A DNA stretch of 63,932 nucleotides, counting the filler, from Salisapilia sapeloensis CBS 127946 (lineage: Eukaryota > Protista > Oomycota): the NCBI GenBank assembly GCA_023334545.1. It is 14 parts of 14 records of this genome, joined end to end, with 100 filler letters (N's around TTAATTAATTAA, not from the genome) between each part and the next. Parts side by side here need not be neighbours in the genome. Positions count along the whole stretch, not along the records: positions 22,631 to 28,090 come from JAADVB010000616.1; positions 28,191 to 32,597 come from JAADVB010000671.1; positions 32,698 to 48,421 come from JAADVB010000361.1; 11 more parts are not named here. The stretch is one strand, 5' to 3'. Positions within the stretch are counted from its first letter, which is position 1. Each line of letters starts with the position of its first letter. The notes under the pieces were generated by a model. That model was not told the DNA's origin, did not search any database, and worked only from the letters and a program-made list of their open reading frames with translations. This document shows positions 25,668-37,748 of the stretch, piece by piece. Position numbers and translations under genes: made by a program.

Positions 25668-26822
25668 CTACTGGTAAAGCTTGATGAGTTCATCCGAGAC
25701 GGCGGATGGAGTGAGGATGCCCAAGTCCGTGAACATGAGGGAAATATAGGTCGGTGGCGTGTAATCCGAGTACGGGTTTTGAAACGAAATTTCTTTCTTG
25801 GCATGCTGCGAGTCAGTCTGATCGGCATCATTCGTGCCAGAGGCAGAAGGCAGCTGCTCCATGTACGTCTGAGGCACATCTCGTTGGTTCAACGGGTACA
25901 GACGAGCAAACTTGTAACTCTCGGCTGCAACGTAGAAGGGCTTCTTCATCGCCTGTGCCAAAACGGCAATGGAGAACGTTCCGATGGAGTTGACGATACC
26001 TCCATTTTCCACCACACCTTCTGCACCAACGACCACAAGGTCGGTCTGCTCCATGTAATAGCCGACTGCCGAATCAAGAATGACAGTGGACGGAATACCA
26101 GCTTCCGCTAAAGCCTCCGCAGTCTCCACACTGTAAAAGAGAAGTGTTATTGATAGGGAGATAGATGGTAGAGAATTGGAAGGTACCCAGAGCCACGTGA
26201 TCGACCTTCCGTCACGAAGACCGTAAAGTGCTTTGTCTTTGCAGCTTGAGCCAAGAGAGAAGTGACGACTCGGGAGTTTCCATGCGTCAGTACCCGCTAT
26301 GAAATGCATTTTGTCAGGCAAAGGACGAAGGAGAAGCAGCCTTATAGTCGTATACCATGCCATCTCGAACGAAGCTGTGACCAAGATCAGCAATGCGCTT
26401 GCGACTGTTAAGAGATGTCTCGGCAAATAGCTTTCCACGCTCGATCAATTGTGCTTTGCACTGCTCAAAATCCTATTGCGAGCGAAATGAGCTACGTGAT
26501 TGAAAAGAAAAGGATGTATCACAAGTACGTCAAACTCTAGGAAGCATCTCGTGACATATCGAAGGAAAAGCTGGCACCCAGCCGTAGTTGCAATCGCATT
26601 GTGGCGATGGTGGTCGCTAAAAGCGTCCCACTTTTTCAATTGCTGCGCTGCCTCCTGTAGCTCACCTTCCATCTGCATCATCGTGTGAGCTTCACTACGG
26701 TGGATGACACCTGTGAGAGCCTTGATGGCAGCGACTGCAACAGCTACATCCGGATCCTGAAGGAATTTCGTAAAGTCTTCCACCACTTCCGGAGGCACCT
26801 CGTTTGTATCTCCCATGACCAT
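25668..26822 (-). CDS. EIF2B1: Translation initiation factor eIF2B alpha subunit, 4 exons
   Basis: Motifs [72 protein letters not shown] and [31 protein letters not shown]. Confidence 0.95.
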
Positions 26823-26939
26823 TAAGCTTGAGAAATTCGATTTGGTGTTTTATTATGCTGCGTTGTAATTTAGTCCAATCATATACCCATATGAAACATA
26901 TTGTCCAATGGCAAAAAGGTCGACAACTTCATAAAAGCG

Positions 26940-27860
26940 ATGGCGATAGGAAGTGGGTACCATGCGATTGCATTGCCACTACCTCACAGTGCATTCAACC
27001 GCTTTTGCTATGTGAAAAAGCATGAAGAGAAGAAAGCTGACTCAGAGGACCATAGTGAATCAATCCTAGTGGCTGGACGCACAGCCTACATTGTAAATTT
27101 GCCATCGGAAGTGGATGATGAATGGCTACGTGATGCGATTCAGAACGAGGTCGGCAATGTACAGCATATCATCATGCACTCCAGCGACAATGACGTCCAT
27201 TCCGGCGATGCAGATGCAATGGATGCAACGATCACAGCTCACATCGTCTTTAAATCCAAGACGAGTCTAGCGAAACTAGTGGCTTTGGAAAAACTCGATT
27301 CCGTCCTACCGACCAAGACAAAAGGACTTGAGCGTACATTGCAATCAATATCTTTTGTCTTTCGTCTGGCTAACATATATCATTGTACTAGACTACTTGG
27401 ACGAGTACAGACAAAGTAGACCAGGCTTAAGTGCTGTCAAGGAGCTCGCAGATCAGTTTATGGGCGCGTTTGATGCTGATGAAGAAGAAGTATGTATTTC
27501 ATCCATACTGGTCGTAATGAATCTAATGTGTTGTCTTGTAGGATCAACGTCGTCGAGAGGAACTGCAGAATAAGGTTGACGACGACGGATTTATGACCGT
27601 TGTAAACACCAAGAAGCGGACACAGGATGCACCGGAAGTCGTGCAACCAGCAAAGAAGCAAAAGAAGAAGGAATTAGAAAACTTCTACCGGTTTCAAATG
27701 CGGGAAAAGAAACGAGATCGTACGCTTATATATTGTCAGTCGACTACAAAGCAGTAACCAACCCTTTGTTATAGAACTCAAGTCATTGCGAGAACGATTT
27801 GAAGAGGATCGACAGCTTGTGGACAAGCTCAAGAAAGCTAACAAGTTTAAGCCCGAGTAG
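26940..27860 (+). CDS. RRP7: Ribosomal RNA-processing protein 7, 4 exons
   Basis: N-terminal YVKKH and RRM-like region; C-terminal DDDGFMTV...KKELENFYRFQMREKKR...LRERFEEDRQ..KLKKANKFKP across three short introns. Confidence 0.92.
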
Positions 27861-29589
27861 AATAGACAATTTCTATCTGAATACAGCCAGATTTTACTTG
27901 CATGAATTTGTTCATTGGCATTAAGTGCTAGATGTCTAGAAGCCTCTCGTGTGTGTGTTCGATGGAAATTTGGAGTACTCGTATGACGATTTGGTGGAGG
28001 GTCTGGTCAAGATGGACGAGCTGGCGCCTGGTCGACACACGTTCCAGATGCGAGCTCAGACGGCGGAGGGGGAGACGGTGCAGTCGAACGNNNNNNNNNN
28101 NNNNNNNNNNNNNNNNNNNNNNNNNNNNNNNNNNTTAATTAATTAANNNNNNNNNNNNNNNNNNNNNNNNNNNNNNNNNNNNNNNNNNNNATATGAAAGT
28201 TTGTATGCTGTCCCATTATATTGACTTTACTTTAGTTATGTCGCAGCCATCTAAACTTGTTTTTTGTATGCTAGTCTAGGCAACGCTTCCGAAACTTCAA
28301 TTGTTAATACAAACCACGTATTTGATATCACCGAGGGGAGTCTGTGTCCTACTGCGACCGCCCAACTCTACCTGTTTCCGGAGATAATCCGACAAACAGA
28401 CTCCAGGCGAGGGTGTACATTTTGTCTGGCGCGGAGCGTAGTCGTACCTGAATGAGGCCTTAAAGATTGGTAAGGAATTGGAGTCGAGATTAAATTTTCG
28501 AGCCAGGGCCATTCGATTTCGAGCGGGCTTCAATTCTTCAGCCAAAAGCTCACCTGCAAAGGCTTTATATCCATTATTTAATTTGGGTACGAAAAACCAT
28601 TGGGCGCGCATATTGCACGGGTGGTGACTGCACAGACTTGTCGCTGGACCAACTCGCTCTTGAGTGTTTTCGATTGCTTCATTGAGGTTAGTAACAGGGG
28701 GCGTTGGATAACCGAAGCTTGCTCGCTGTTAAAACTCAGTCGTTTTGGCTTTCATAGTGGTGATGATTAAAAGTAGAAAACTTTACGAATATCATGGTAA
28801 CCCGGAGAATTTAAAATCTATTTTTAGCGTGTTTATGGCTTCTCAGATCTTATGGACATGATATCATTGGGCAATTTACCAGTAGATGCAAGAGGATTGA
28901 ACTGTGGTGCAAGCAAGCATCTATAGCGTTGCCTATGACAAGAAAATAGGCGCATACAGTTTATTTAGAGGTGTCTACGACCAGTGGTGGGTGCTAGTTG
29001 TAGGGATCAGATACGATTCTTGTTTTAAGTGTTTAGGATGCGTTGTTCCTTCAATTAGGTTGCACATGGGCAATTTTGGCCCAAGCTGGAGTATCACCAT
29101 GTTCTTGCCGCCTTGACTCCGTTTCTCGAACTATTTGTATGCTGAAGCGTTGTCAAATACAGTAAAAAATTTACCCGCAAGGCTGTCTCGATATTTCTTT
29201 GATTATTCTACGAAATTATATATATCCTATACAAAGCTAGCATTCTCATTCATTGTAATTGATCCACATTGATAATGCCAATGTACGACATTAACAACGG
29301 TCGAAATCGCGCATTGGATCTGAAGGTTGATTCCCTTCAATAACATTTACTGGAGCGAAGTGCTGCTTCGCTTTTTGGAACGACCTTGAGTGCGGGCATA
29401 ATAGATATTTTATTTTGTTTCTTCATACTAAACAGCATAATTACCATTATCTATATTCTCTAAAAGTTGCTTTGTAAAGTCTTGCCACAGTGTTTTGTTG
29501 GCTTAACTGTTGCAACTAACAGACTAACAGACTCGACTCGTAACTAAGGTAGTACACGTACATAAGCATCGTTATCGCATAAGAAACAT

Positions 29590-29953
29590 TCATAGTTACC
29601 TTCTGTGCAGTGTAGAGGGCACCACATAGACAGCGACTGACTGTACTCCGTGAGATCCGTACATCGAAGTCTTCGATGACCATGTCGGAGACCTCTTGCA
29701 GCGTCAGAATACAGTCACCGTCGAGTTACTTCTTCAGCGCCTCGATGACCTCCCGCATCGCCCTCGTCCGTGTGGCAGCGGCACTACCACGACGCTTGTG
29801 CTCCATCAAGTCACATTTCACTAGACACCACGCCATTGTCGCAACAATGCTACTGTGTGCCGCAACAGCTTTGTAGTCGAGGCCATTGGTGGAAGCGTCG
29901 AGAACTCGCTGCTTAGCGGCGGTGTCTCGTGTCTTCCTCTTTTCCACCAACAT
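29590..29953 (-). mobile_element. Tc1/mariner/IS630-like transposase N-terminal (HTH) relic
   Basis: KQRVLDASTNGLDYKAVA...RRGSA...CILTLQEVSDMVIEDFDVRISRSTVSRCLCGALYTAQKV is the oomycete-type Tc1 HTH pattern. Premature TAA at 29726-29728; no DDE domain seen. Confidence 0.65.
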
Positions 29954-30871
29954 CACTTACAATTTACATTGCTAAAAAGGTATGAACAGGAGGAACTGAT
30001 AACCACTCGCACTCGTAGATTTCACTTTGATTGGCAAGGTTACTGAAATATCCTTTGTTATATCTACCTTTATCAAGCCCACTCCACTTCGATTGCAAGC
30101 TTTTGCACTTCGGTCGGGCAATATTGTAGAATACCCAATAGGCGTGTCTGCGTTCTCTAGCCAGTTTCCGCTAATATTTCCGCGTGCAGCGTTTTGACGG
30201 ATTAGTAGGTGTTTTATTTGTTTCTGGGTCGCTGCTTGAGTAAGCAATTTGTTACATTTACTCAATGTAAGTGCCAAAGCAGATCCTTATAAGCTATCAA
30301 TATTTTAAAATGGGTTCCTTGTCTAGTGACACGCGATAACCGCAAAGTCGGCGACTAGCGTGACTACCATTTGCGTTTGTTCCACACTACCGTAGGCGGA
30401 CTAAGAGCATCCTATATCCTTCCAGAGCATGTGCTAACTATCATCCGGATGTATGAAGACTTTTCCGAGGAACTCGTGCGCAAGCAGCTTTTTATGGCTT
30501 TTGTTTGATCTGGCCACTGCCCAGGTTGTCATTGCACTACTTTTCTGCTTAGACTAGCAACTACTATATTTCAAAGTCACTATTCCTTTTGAAAATGGTA
30601 CAATTTAGCTATTGCAAAACAAAGCACACGTCATTTCGCTCGAATCGTGCATAGGCAGAACGTAACACGTTAGCATCTAAAACCTTACTTACCTTAGCAT
30701 AGAGATAATTGAAACAAAACTGTACCGCAAAGCAAGCTTTATATTGTTTTTACACTTTTATTTAAATGCTTTGATAGATCAAAATACGTTAGTAGCTTGA
30801 CAAATCTTATAGATGTCTTTTCCTTTCTGATCAAGCGGGTCTTATCCAGGTAGTAGAAAGTATATAGAAAA

Positions 30872-30952
30872 GACAGCTTGGCCGAGTGGTTAAGGCGATA
30901 GCCTCCTAAGTTGTTGGGGTAACCTGCGTGAGTTCGATTCTCACAGCTGTCG
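30872..30952 (+). tRNA. tRNA with a tRNA-Ser(GCT)-type body (long variable arm, G73) but a CCT (Arg, AGG-reading) anticodon
   Basis: Perfect acceptor stem GACAGCT/AGCTGTC; D arm GCCGAGTGGTTAAGGC; anticodon stem ATAGC/GTTGT with loop CT-CCT-AA (anticodon 30905-30907); 13-nt variable arm TGGGGTAACCTGC; T arm GTGAG-TTCGATT-CTCAC; discriminator G. Confidence 0.85.
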
Positions 30953-31261
30953 ACCTCGGTCTTGAAGCAAACTTTAGCAGGAATACCGTATGCGCGTCAC
31001 TTTCCATCATTCGGCACTGGTCTATCATCATTAGACCTGTAGTATATTCTATGTTTTATTGTCTGTTTAGTAAAGTAAGCAAGGCAAAGATGATCATAGC
31101 TTAGCCTATAATGTAATGCTTTTAACGTGATTTTTCCGTCACGTGCATATCTATATAAAGCTTTGCGCAAGTAGCATTCTTGTCTGTATGGCACTCTATT
31201 AAGTTAAAGCACTTACAAAGATATATATTTATATATAACAATGAGCACAATTAGACAACAA

Positions 31262-31334
31262 GCCCGTCTAGCTCAGTCGGTAGAGCGCAAGACTCTTAAT
31301 CTTGTGGTCGTGGGTTCGAGCCCCACGGTGGGCG
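31262..31334 (+). tRNA. trnK-CTT: tRNA-Lys (CTT), copy 1
   Basis: Canonical 73-nt cloverleaf GCCCGTCTAGCTCAGTCGGTAGAGCGCAAGACTCTTAATCTTG...GGTGGGCG, followed by T-rich Pol III terminator. Confidence 0.97.
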
Positions 31335-31595
31335 CTTTCTCTTTTCTTTTTTATATTAACACCAATGGAGAGGAAATCATTTTATTAAACAGAGCTATTC
31401 CATAGACCAACAGCGCGCAGTCTATTTTTGCACTTGAGCAAATATTCAATTACACATAATCTCCATCATGAATATGCAGGATATGCATGTGTAAGCAAAG
31501 AGCTTGTAAGTGAAAGCAGATCGTCCAAATTGTTTAAATTTGAGATATTTTTTTAAATATATTTTTATATGATATTGACCAAGCAATTATGTATA

Positions 31596-31668
31596 GCCCG
31601 TCTAGCTCAGTCGGTAGAGCGCAAGACTCTTAATCTTGTGGTCGTGGGTTCGAGCCCCACGGTGGGCG
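31596..31668 (+). tRNA. trnK-CTT: tRNA-Lys (CTT), copy 2
   Basis: Identical to copy 1, with TTTTT terminator a few nt downstream. Confidence 0.97.
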
Positions 31669-32697
31669 ATCACTTTTTCCTTTGCTTCAGTTTACTTGCT
31701 GTCTGCATGCTTGCTTTTATCCACAACGACTCGGTTGTCTACCGTATCACCAGAGCTCATTCTACCGGTGCTGCGTTCACTATTTTACTCAACGCACTCC
31801 ACCACAGTTACCATCTGACCCATTACCCCCGTAATAAAAATCATAATGCATATCGTAAGACCTAGCTTCTGGTGTTTTCAAGCAACATACAGACTCAATA
31901 GCCGCTAACCTTTCAATTTCTCGAGGGACATATTATAGTTGAGTAAATTAGCAATACAAATTCAAAACCTTTCGTTCACTTACTATCTCCGCTTTACCAT
32001 TCTATCCTGAAACGCATTATAAATTTGTTCGGGACTGGAATAAAGCACGTATACGCTTTCCTATTTATCGTGCTCTCATCCCTGACATGGACCAGAACTG
32101 CTACCACCGTTCCTACATGAAAATGAACCCAGCCTCCAATTGCGTATAAGAACCACACGCACCTCTCTCCTTTCCAAACTTCCACTCCGCTACTCTACCA
32201 TTTCGTTTCCTCCCTTAGATCAGCTCAGCCAAGAGCGAAGAACAAAACTGTATACTTGAGACCGAGTGATCGATGCCTCCTTTATCCTCGGTCTCACCCT
32301 GTATCCGCGATCTGACTAAGTCATCTCATTATCGCGGAAAGACTCCATGTACCCAACAGACAATCAACCAGGATGCGCCGAGGAGATCGTTAAAGTCAGA
32401 GAAGAAGTCGAATAGATATGACCGACTGAAAACTGTGAGCGGAGAGCAAAAGTGTCGAATATCCGTGTCTGCACCGGATACGAGCGGTCATCAACTGGCC
32501 TAACCTTCCGACCATACCTCTCCACATCGTCAACGCAAAATCCATACCCATATGTGCATGTAGGTCATCACAAGATCAAGTCATAATATCCATCAAANNN
32601 NNNNNNNNNNNNNNNNNNNNNNNNNNNNNNNNNNNNNNNNNTTAATTAATTAANNNNNNNNNNNNNNNNNNNNNNNNNNNNNNNNNNNNNNNNNNNN

Positions 32698-33220
32698 CAA
32701 TAGCTCACTCAACGTCAGTAGCTACGTTTTGGCCAACTTCTTTGCAGCGCTACCAGGCATCTTCCTGATTGCACTGATATCATCTATACTGGTGGTCTAC
32801 TTGGCTGGATTAAATGCCTTTGGATGGTTCTTGCTGAATCTGTTCCTGTCGCTTGTTGCAGCTGAAAGTATGATGCATGTCATCGGCGCCGCTGTACCAC
32901 ACTACATCATTGGTATTGCTCTCGGAGCTGGGTTCTTTGGCATGTGTATGCTATGCGAAGGCTTCATGGTGCCCCGACACGTGATCCCGGACTACTGGAT
33001 CTGGGGCTACTACCTTGCATTCCACTCGTATTCGTTTGAGTCGTTCGTGTACAAACAGTTTGTGGATGAAGAGTCGGAAGCTGCACAAGGTATTCTTAAC
33101 CGATTGGGCATGGAAGACGTCGACGTGCCTCGTGATATGGCTCTGCTTGTAGTCTACGCTATCGGATTCGAGCTGATCTTTGCCGCTATCTTGTACAAAT
33201 TTCACACTGGTAGACGCTAA
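32698..33220 (+). CDS. ABCG-family transporter, C-terminal membrane domain (5' truncated)
   Basis: LVAAESMMHVIGAAVPHYIIGIALGAG...YWIWGYYLAFHSYSFESFV...KFHTGRR, the oomycete ABCG half-transporter C-terminus. Confidence 0.9.
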
Positions 33221-34477
33221 TTGATATGATACTTTGGCAAAGATAATACACCTTTTCATTGCTCGTAATCTCTTCTCGAAGTTGTTCAACTGAAACCCAA
33301 AGCATTTTTTAAAGCATAATCAATATGGAAATCACAGACGTGCGAGGTTTCCATGGTGTCAAAGCTAGAGATTCTAGTATTCATCTAAAACGACGTACAT
33401 GCCAGAAAGATACAATCTAGTCTATGCCTATTTTGTTCTTGTTTCAACACCACAGGCAGCCTTGTTCTACTGTAGCAATCAGCTCATTAATATCATTACA
33501 GGTCAATGCATTGTATGTTGGCATGATCGACTACAGTAGTATTCCTTCCCTTAAATATGGTTATGATCTTTTGAGCTAGTCAATTTGCGTTGTTCAAGAT
33601 GGAATTGAACCCTTTGGGAAGTTAATTAGAAAACGAAGAAGTGCACTTCCTCTTCATACATGTGTATGTATGTTGAACGTTCAGAAGAGAAGGTGAAGGA
33701 ACCATTGAGAGTGTGCTAAAACTTTAGAGTACAATGCATAATGCCATTTTGGGTACCTATACGCTTAGTTTCTTCAATAGAAGAGAACTTCTACCTAGAA
33801 ACATGTAGGAGGGAGTGAAACTATAAATTGATCACAGATGGGCATGGTTACCTACCGAAAGTGTACCTTTAATTGTAGGTGCAAATAAAGCATGGCATTT
33901 AAATACGCTCCATGAAGCTTTCGACCATAAAAGCAACCAAGTACAAGAGGCAATTGTAACTTGCCATCTACTACTGACCACACTTGCACCCAATGTCAAG
34001 TGAAGCAAACACTAGAAGAGTTATTGTGCGTTTTACTCAAACTTTCCAATTCGGATTCAATCAATCATGCGAGCAAAATCGTTCAAATACATTTTTCCTA
34101 TTGTGGGATCTGTCTCATGTTTATGCAATTCGATTAATATAAAAACTAAATTATAACCAATCAGACAAAATGCGCGCAGGACAAAATTATTCAAGGTAAG
34201 GAAATTTGGCCGAAAAGCTCAATACTTTTATCAATACAACCTCAGCTGACTTTAAAACACCAACATGTCGGCTACAAATAGACAGAATCTAGATACCGAA
34301 TCACTTCAACTACCCTCGCTCATCGTGAACATGTCAGTATCTGCTTATCTAAACTTTAATTTGTCCTTCTTTACATGGTCTTCCAATACAAAAGCCAAGT
34401 CCTTCAAGTGAAGTAGCCATAAAAGTTAGAAACAACTCCAAGACAACACATTCGTTTTTTCTAACACAATAATAAAC

Positions 34478-37400
34478 ATGGAGGAAGCGGAGCACTCGAT
34501 ATTCGACTCGCCCGCTGCATCTGGGACGACTTCTCCACCTTGGATGGACACAGGAGTTCAAGGTCATGATGGGGACCAACCTATGAGAGCTGCTAATCCG
34601 TTTGATGTAAGTGACACGGAGCAAGATGGCAATGATTTCCAGGAGACTCCCCCTCCGCCGGCATTCGACTTCTTATCGTCCTCTCCTTCCGCTTTCAATG
34701 CTACTACTGCCGTCAGCAATGATCTCTTGGGTGAATTTCAGCCTGATGCAATGCCCTCGGTGCCTACAGCATCAACAGCGCCAGTGGACGATCTCTTATC
34801 CTTCGATTCGCCTGATCTCGACTTTAATGCTGCTCAGAGTAACGGTATTAGGTCGACTAGCACCCACGCCAATGGATCTCTTCTAGACGATGATATCTTC
34901 AGTCTGTCGATGCCTCCTCCAAAAGCAGAAGCGACAGAGAACGACGTTCCTACAGATAACAGTATACCTACAGACGTCTCTCCCTCTCATTTCGATCCTA
35001 TCTCTTCCATAAATCCAGAGGATGAGGTTCCTTTTGGTAGTAAAACTTTAGATACAGGTTTCTCTCCGTCTCAATCGTCACCTTTTGATCCGTTCGATTC
35101 GTCTGCAGGAGAGAGCAGTCCATTCGATGAACAAGACGTGGAAAGCAGCGATCGAAACGAGAGACATCAAGACTATGATGGCCTCAGCAAAATGTATGAG
35201 CCATGGCCTGAGGAAGAAACTAGTCAGAGAGCTGTAGACTCTATAGCTGAGGTAGATAGCTTTCCTTCCGACATGCCTCAGGAAGGAGACGTTAAAGAGA
35301 GTAGTGCAAACCCTTTCTTTGACGACATGAATGAGACAGGGTATGTAGAGCATAACGAACCGTTTGGAGATCACGTAGAAGGTAGCGATAGAGACTCTAA
35401 GATACAGGAAAGACAGTTGGGAAGCAGTGATGACGATGAATACAAAACCTCGACACCCACTACAGAGAACGTGATGTACGAAGGGTATGCGTCTTCGATA
35501 GAGGAAAGTGAAGGAGCGGAAGCGTATGCAGAGCTGTCGTCTCCTGGACAAGAGCAGGAGATAGAGGACGATAATCCGGTCGAATACGTACCTCTAGGTG
35601 CTTCCGATGGTTCTCTACAAGATAATGAGTCGAGTGCAGATGAAAGTGGCTTTGCATTCATGAGCACAAGCTCCTACTCCCAACCGACAGATATGAATGC
35701 GTCTGACATGCAGCCAAGGAACGATACAGGGGACGTTGTTGATCATGACGCCACGAATGATGATCAGGCTTTCCTCCAAGGCATGTCTTCTGATCATGTT
35801 CTAGAGACTGAGGACTTGTCCATAGCTAAAGATACTGCTGACGAAGATGAGACGCAAGTAGCCGCTGAAGAGATTCTAGGCATGGAAGAGGACGTGTGGA
35901 CAGAGAGCAAGTCACAAGAGAGTATATCAAATCCGGAAGATACATGTACGAGTCCTAGGGAGACAAGAGAAGAGGACGAAGTGCTGATGAACGATCTCAA
36001 AGTCGATGAGACGGAAGTACAAACAGACATGGCAGTTGACGAGAGGAACGCTTCGTCTCTCATGTCCGATGAATCTCTTGTAGATGGAAAAGTTGACAGT
36101 ATGCAAGAGCAGGAGAATACTCCAGAAGAGTCTTTTACAGCATTTGAAGACGTAGATAGTAAAGAAGAAGAGATAGATGCGTTTGGTAGCTTTGGTGAGT
36201 CTCAGGAACAAGTCGCTAGAGGAGACACGGATGCCTTTGCAGCGTCTAAGAACGCTCTAGACCAAGACGATGGCTTTCATGACTTTAGTGACGACGATTT
36301 CGGCGACTTTGCTGAAACGACACAAGAAGTCGCGTCTGACATGGACGACGATTTTGGTGACTTTGAGGAGCCTGCTCCTACACCAAAGGAGTATCCACCT
36401 ACAGCCTCCGTGACTAAATCTATCTCAACGGTATCTGTGGAACACCTTGAAGACGTCTTTACGTCTGGACTAGCGACTCCATCAGTACCTCTCATTCCAT
36501 TCTCTACGCCTCTTCCAGACGATACGACATCAGATGCGTCTTATATGCTCTCCCATGAGGTACTTGTGCAGGTACCTTCAACCTCTAGACGTAGGACTAA
36601 TCGATTGTACCTTGTAGAACGCACCTGATAGCACTCATCCGACGGACATTTACACTGCCGAAATGAAAAAATACTGCTTGATGGTCGCATCTGCGACGCC
36701 TCCATGTACCACCCGCACGGCGTCTGTTTTACAAGGTGCCAAGGAAGACCAACTACTTCGACACCTTCGCTTCGTTCTCACGGAAAAGATCGAAGAGGCT
36801 TCTCGTCACGACGGCGTCTTTCCCCATGGATCCGACGGACACACGTCTCTTGTATCGATCGCGAATTCAGGCGACTCTGATAAGATGCAGGAAGCACTCA
36901 TAAAAGTACAAAATGCCTTGTTTGATCATTCTGTCCAAGATGCCATGCTGCGCATGGCACAGCAGGCAGCTTTGAATGCTCGAGCGAAGATCGCAGAGCA
37001 GACTGCACACCAGCAAAGCATGCATCGTGGCGGTATTTTCGGCCCCAAGAGACCATTCTGGCCTCTACCCGTAAGTGCCCCTACCGCGCCTTCTGTCGTG
37101 GAGGACGGTCGAGAACCAGCAGTCGAGTCGTCTAGCTCGAATGGTCAGAAGGATATGTCGCTTGCTGGTAAACAGGAGAAGGAAGAGGAGGAAGTGAGTA
37201 GTAGCCGAGAAGAGTCGAGTAACGATAGCTCCATGTCAGAAGACGCGCCTCCCGAGAGCAGACAGTCTCCAAACACTAGTGTCCCGAGTCGGAGTCCTAC
37301 CTCATCTTCCTCTAGCACGTCTAGTGGGGGCTTTATGAAAAAGTTCCAAGATAGATTCTCTCCTTTCTCCAACTCTCGCTATCGTGCTAAGACGGTGCAA

Positions 37401-37688
37401 TTACGTCGTGTCGGTGACGCAGATGAAAAGGTAGTTCAGATGGAGTTGAGGATGGACCAGATCAATGGTGGCTTCGATGAAGTCAAGTGGCGATGTGCCG
37501 AGTTCCTGTATGATCATGATGAAGTCGCACGCGTCGCACCCGCTCAAATTCAAATCCGGAGCTACCCGAGTAAACAGCCACTGTCGTCCAAGAACGGTCG
37601 AAGTGCGTTGGTTAAATTTTTTAAACCTGGCTACGTCTGGACGGTCGATATTGGTGCAAACGGAGAGAATATCATCAACGAATGGTAG
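34478..37688 (+). CDS. Acidic, largely disordered protein with adaptor-binding motifs (aftiphilin/synergin-like), 2 exons, about 1054 aa
   Basis: A 46-nt intron (36572-36617) joins the two track ORFs in frame. Motifs include NPF x2, DPF, DLL x2 and DDFGDF x2, with a folded-looking C-terminal segment. Confidence 0.75.
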
Positions 37689-37748
37689 CGAGAAACTAGA
37701 AGTAGAGCATAAATGTAGCGCAATTGGCATTCTTAAGACTTGGTGCTT

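Noticed and set aside
27932-28090. Coding-looking fragment at the contig end after RRP7
   Set aside because: Too short, strand and frame ambiguous, and no recognisable motif.
36629-36662. Apparent boundary between two separate genes in the ORF track
   Set aside because: A canonical 46-nt intron (36572-36617) joins them in frame into one gene.
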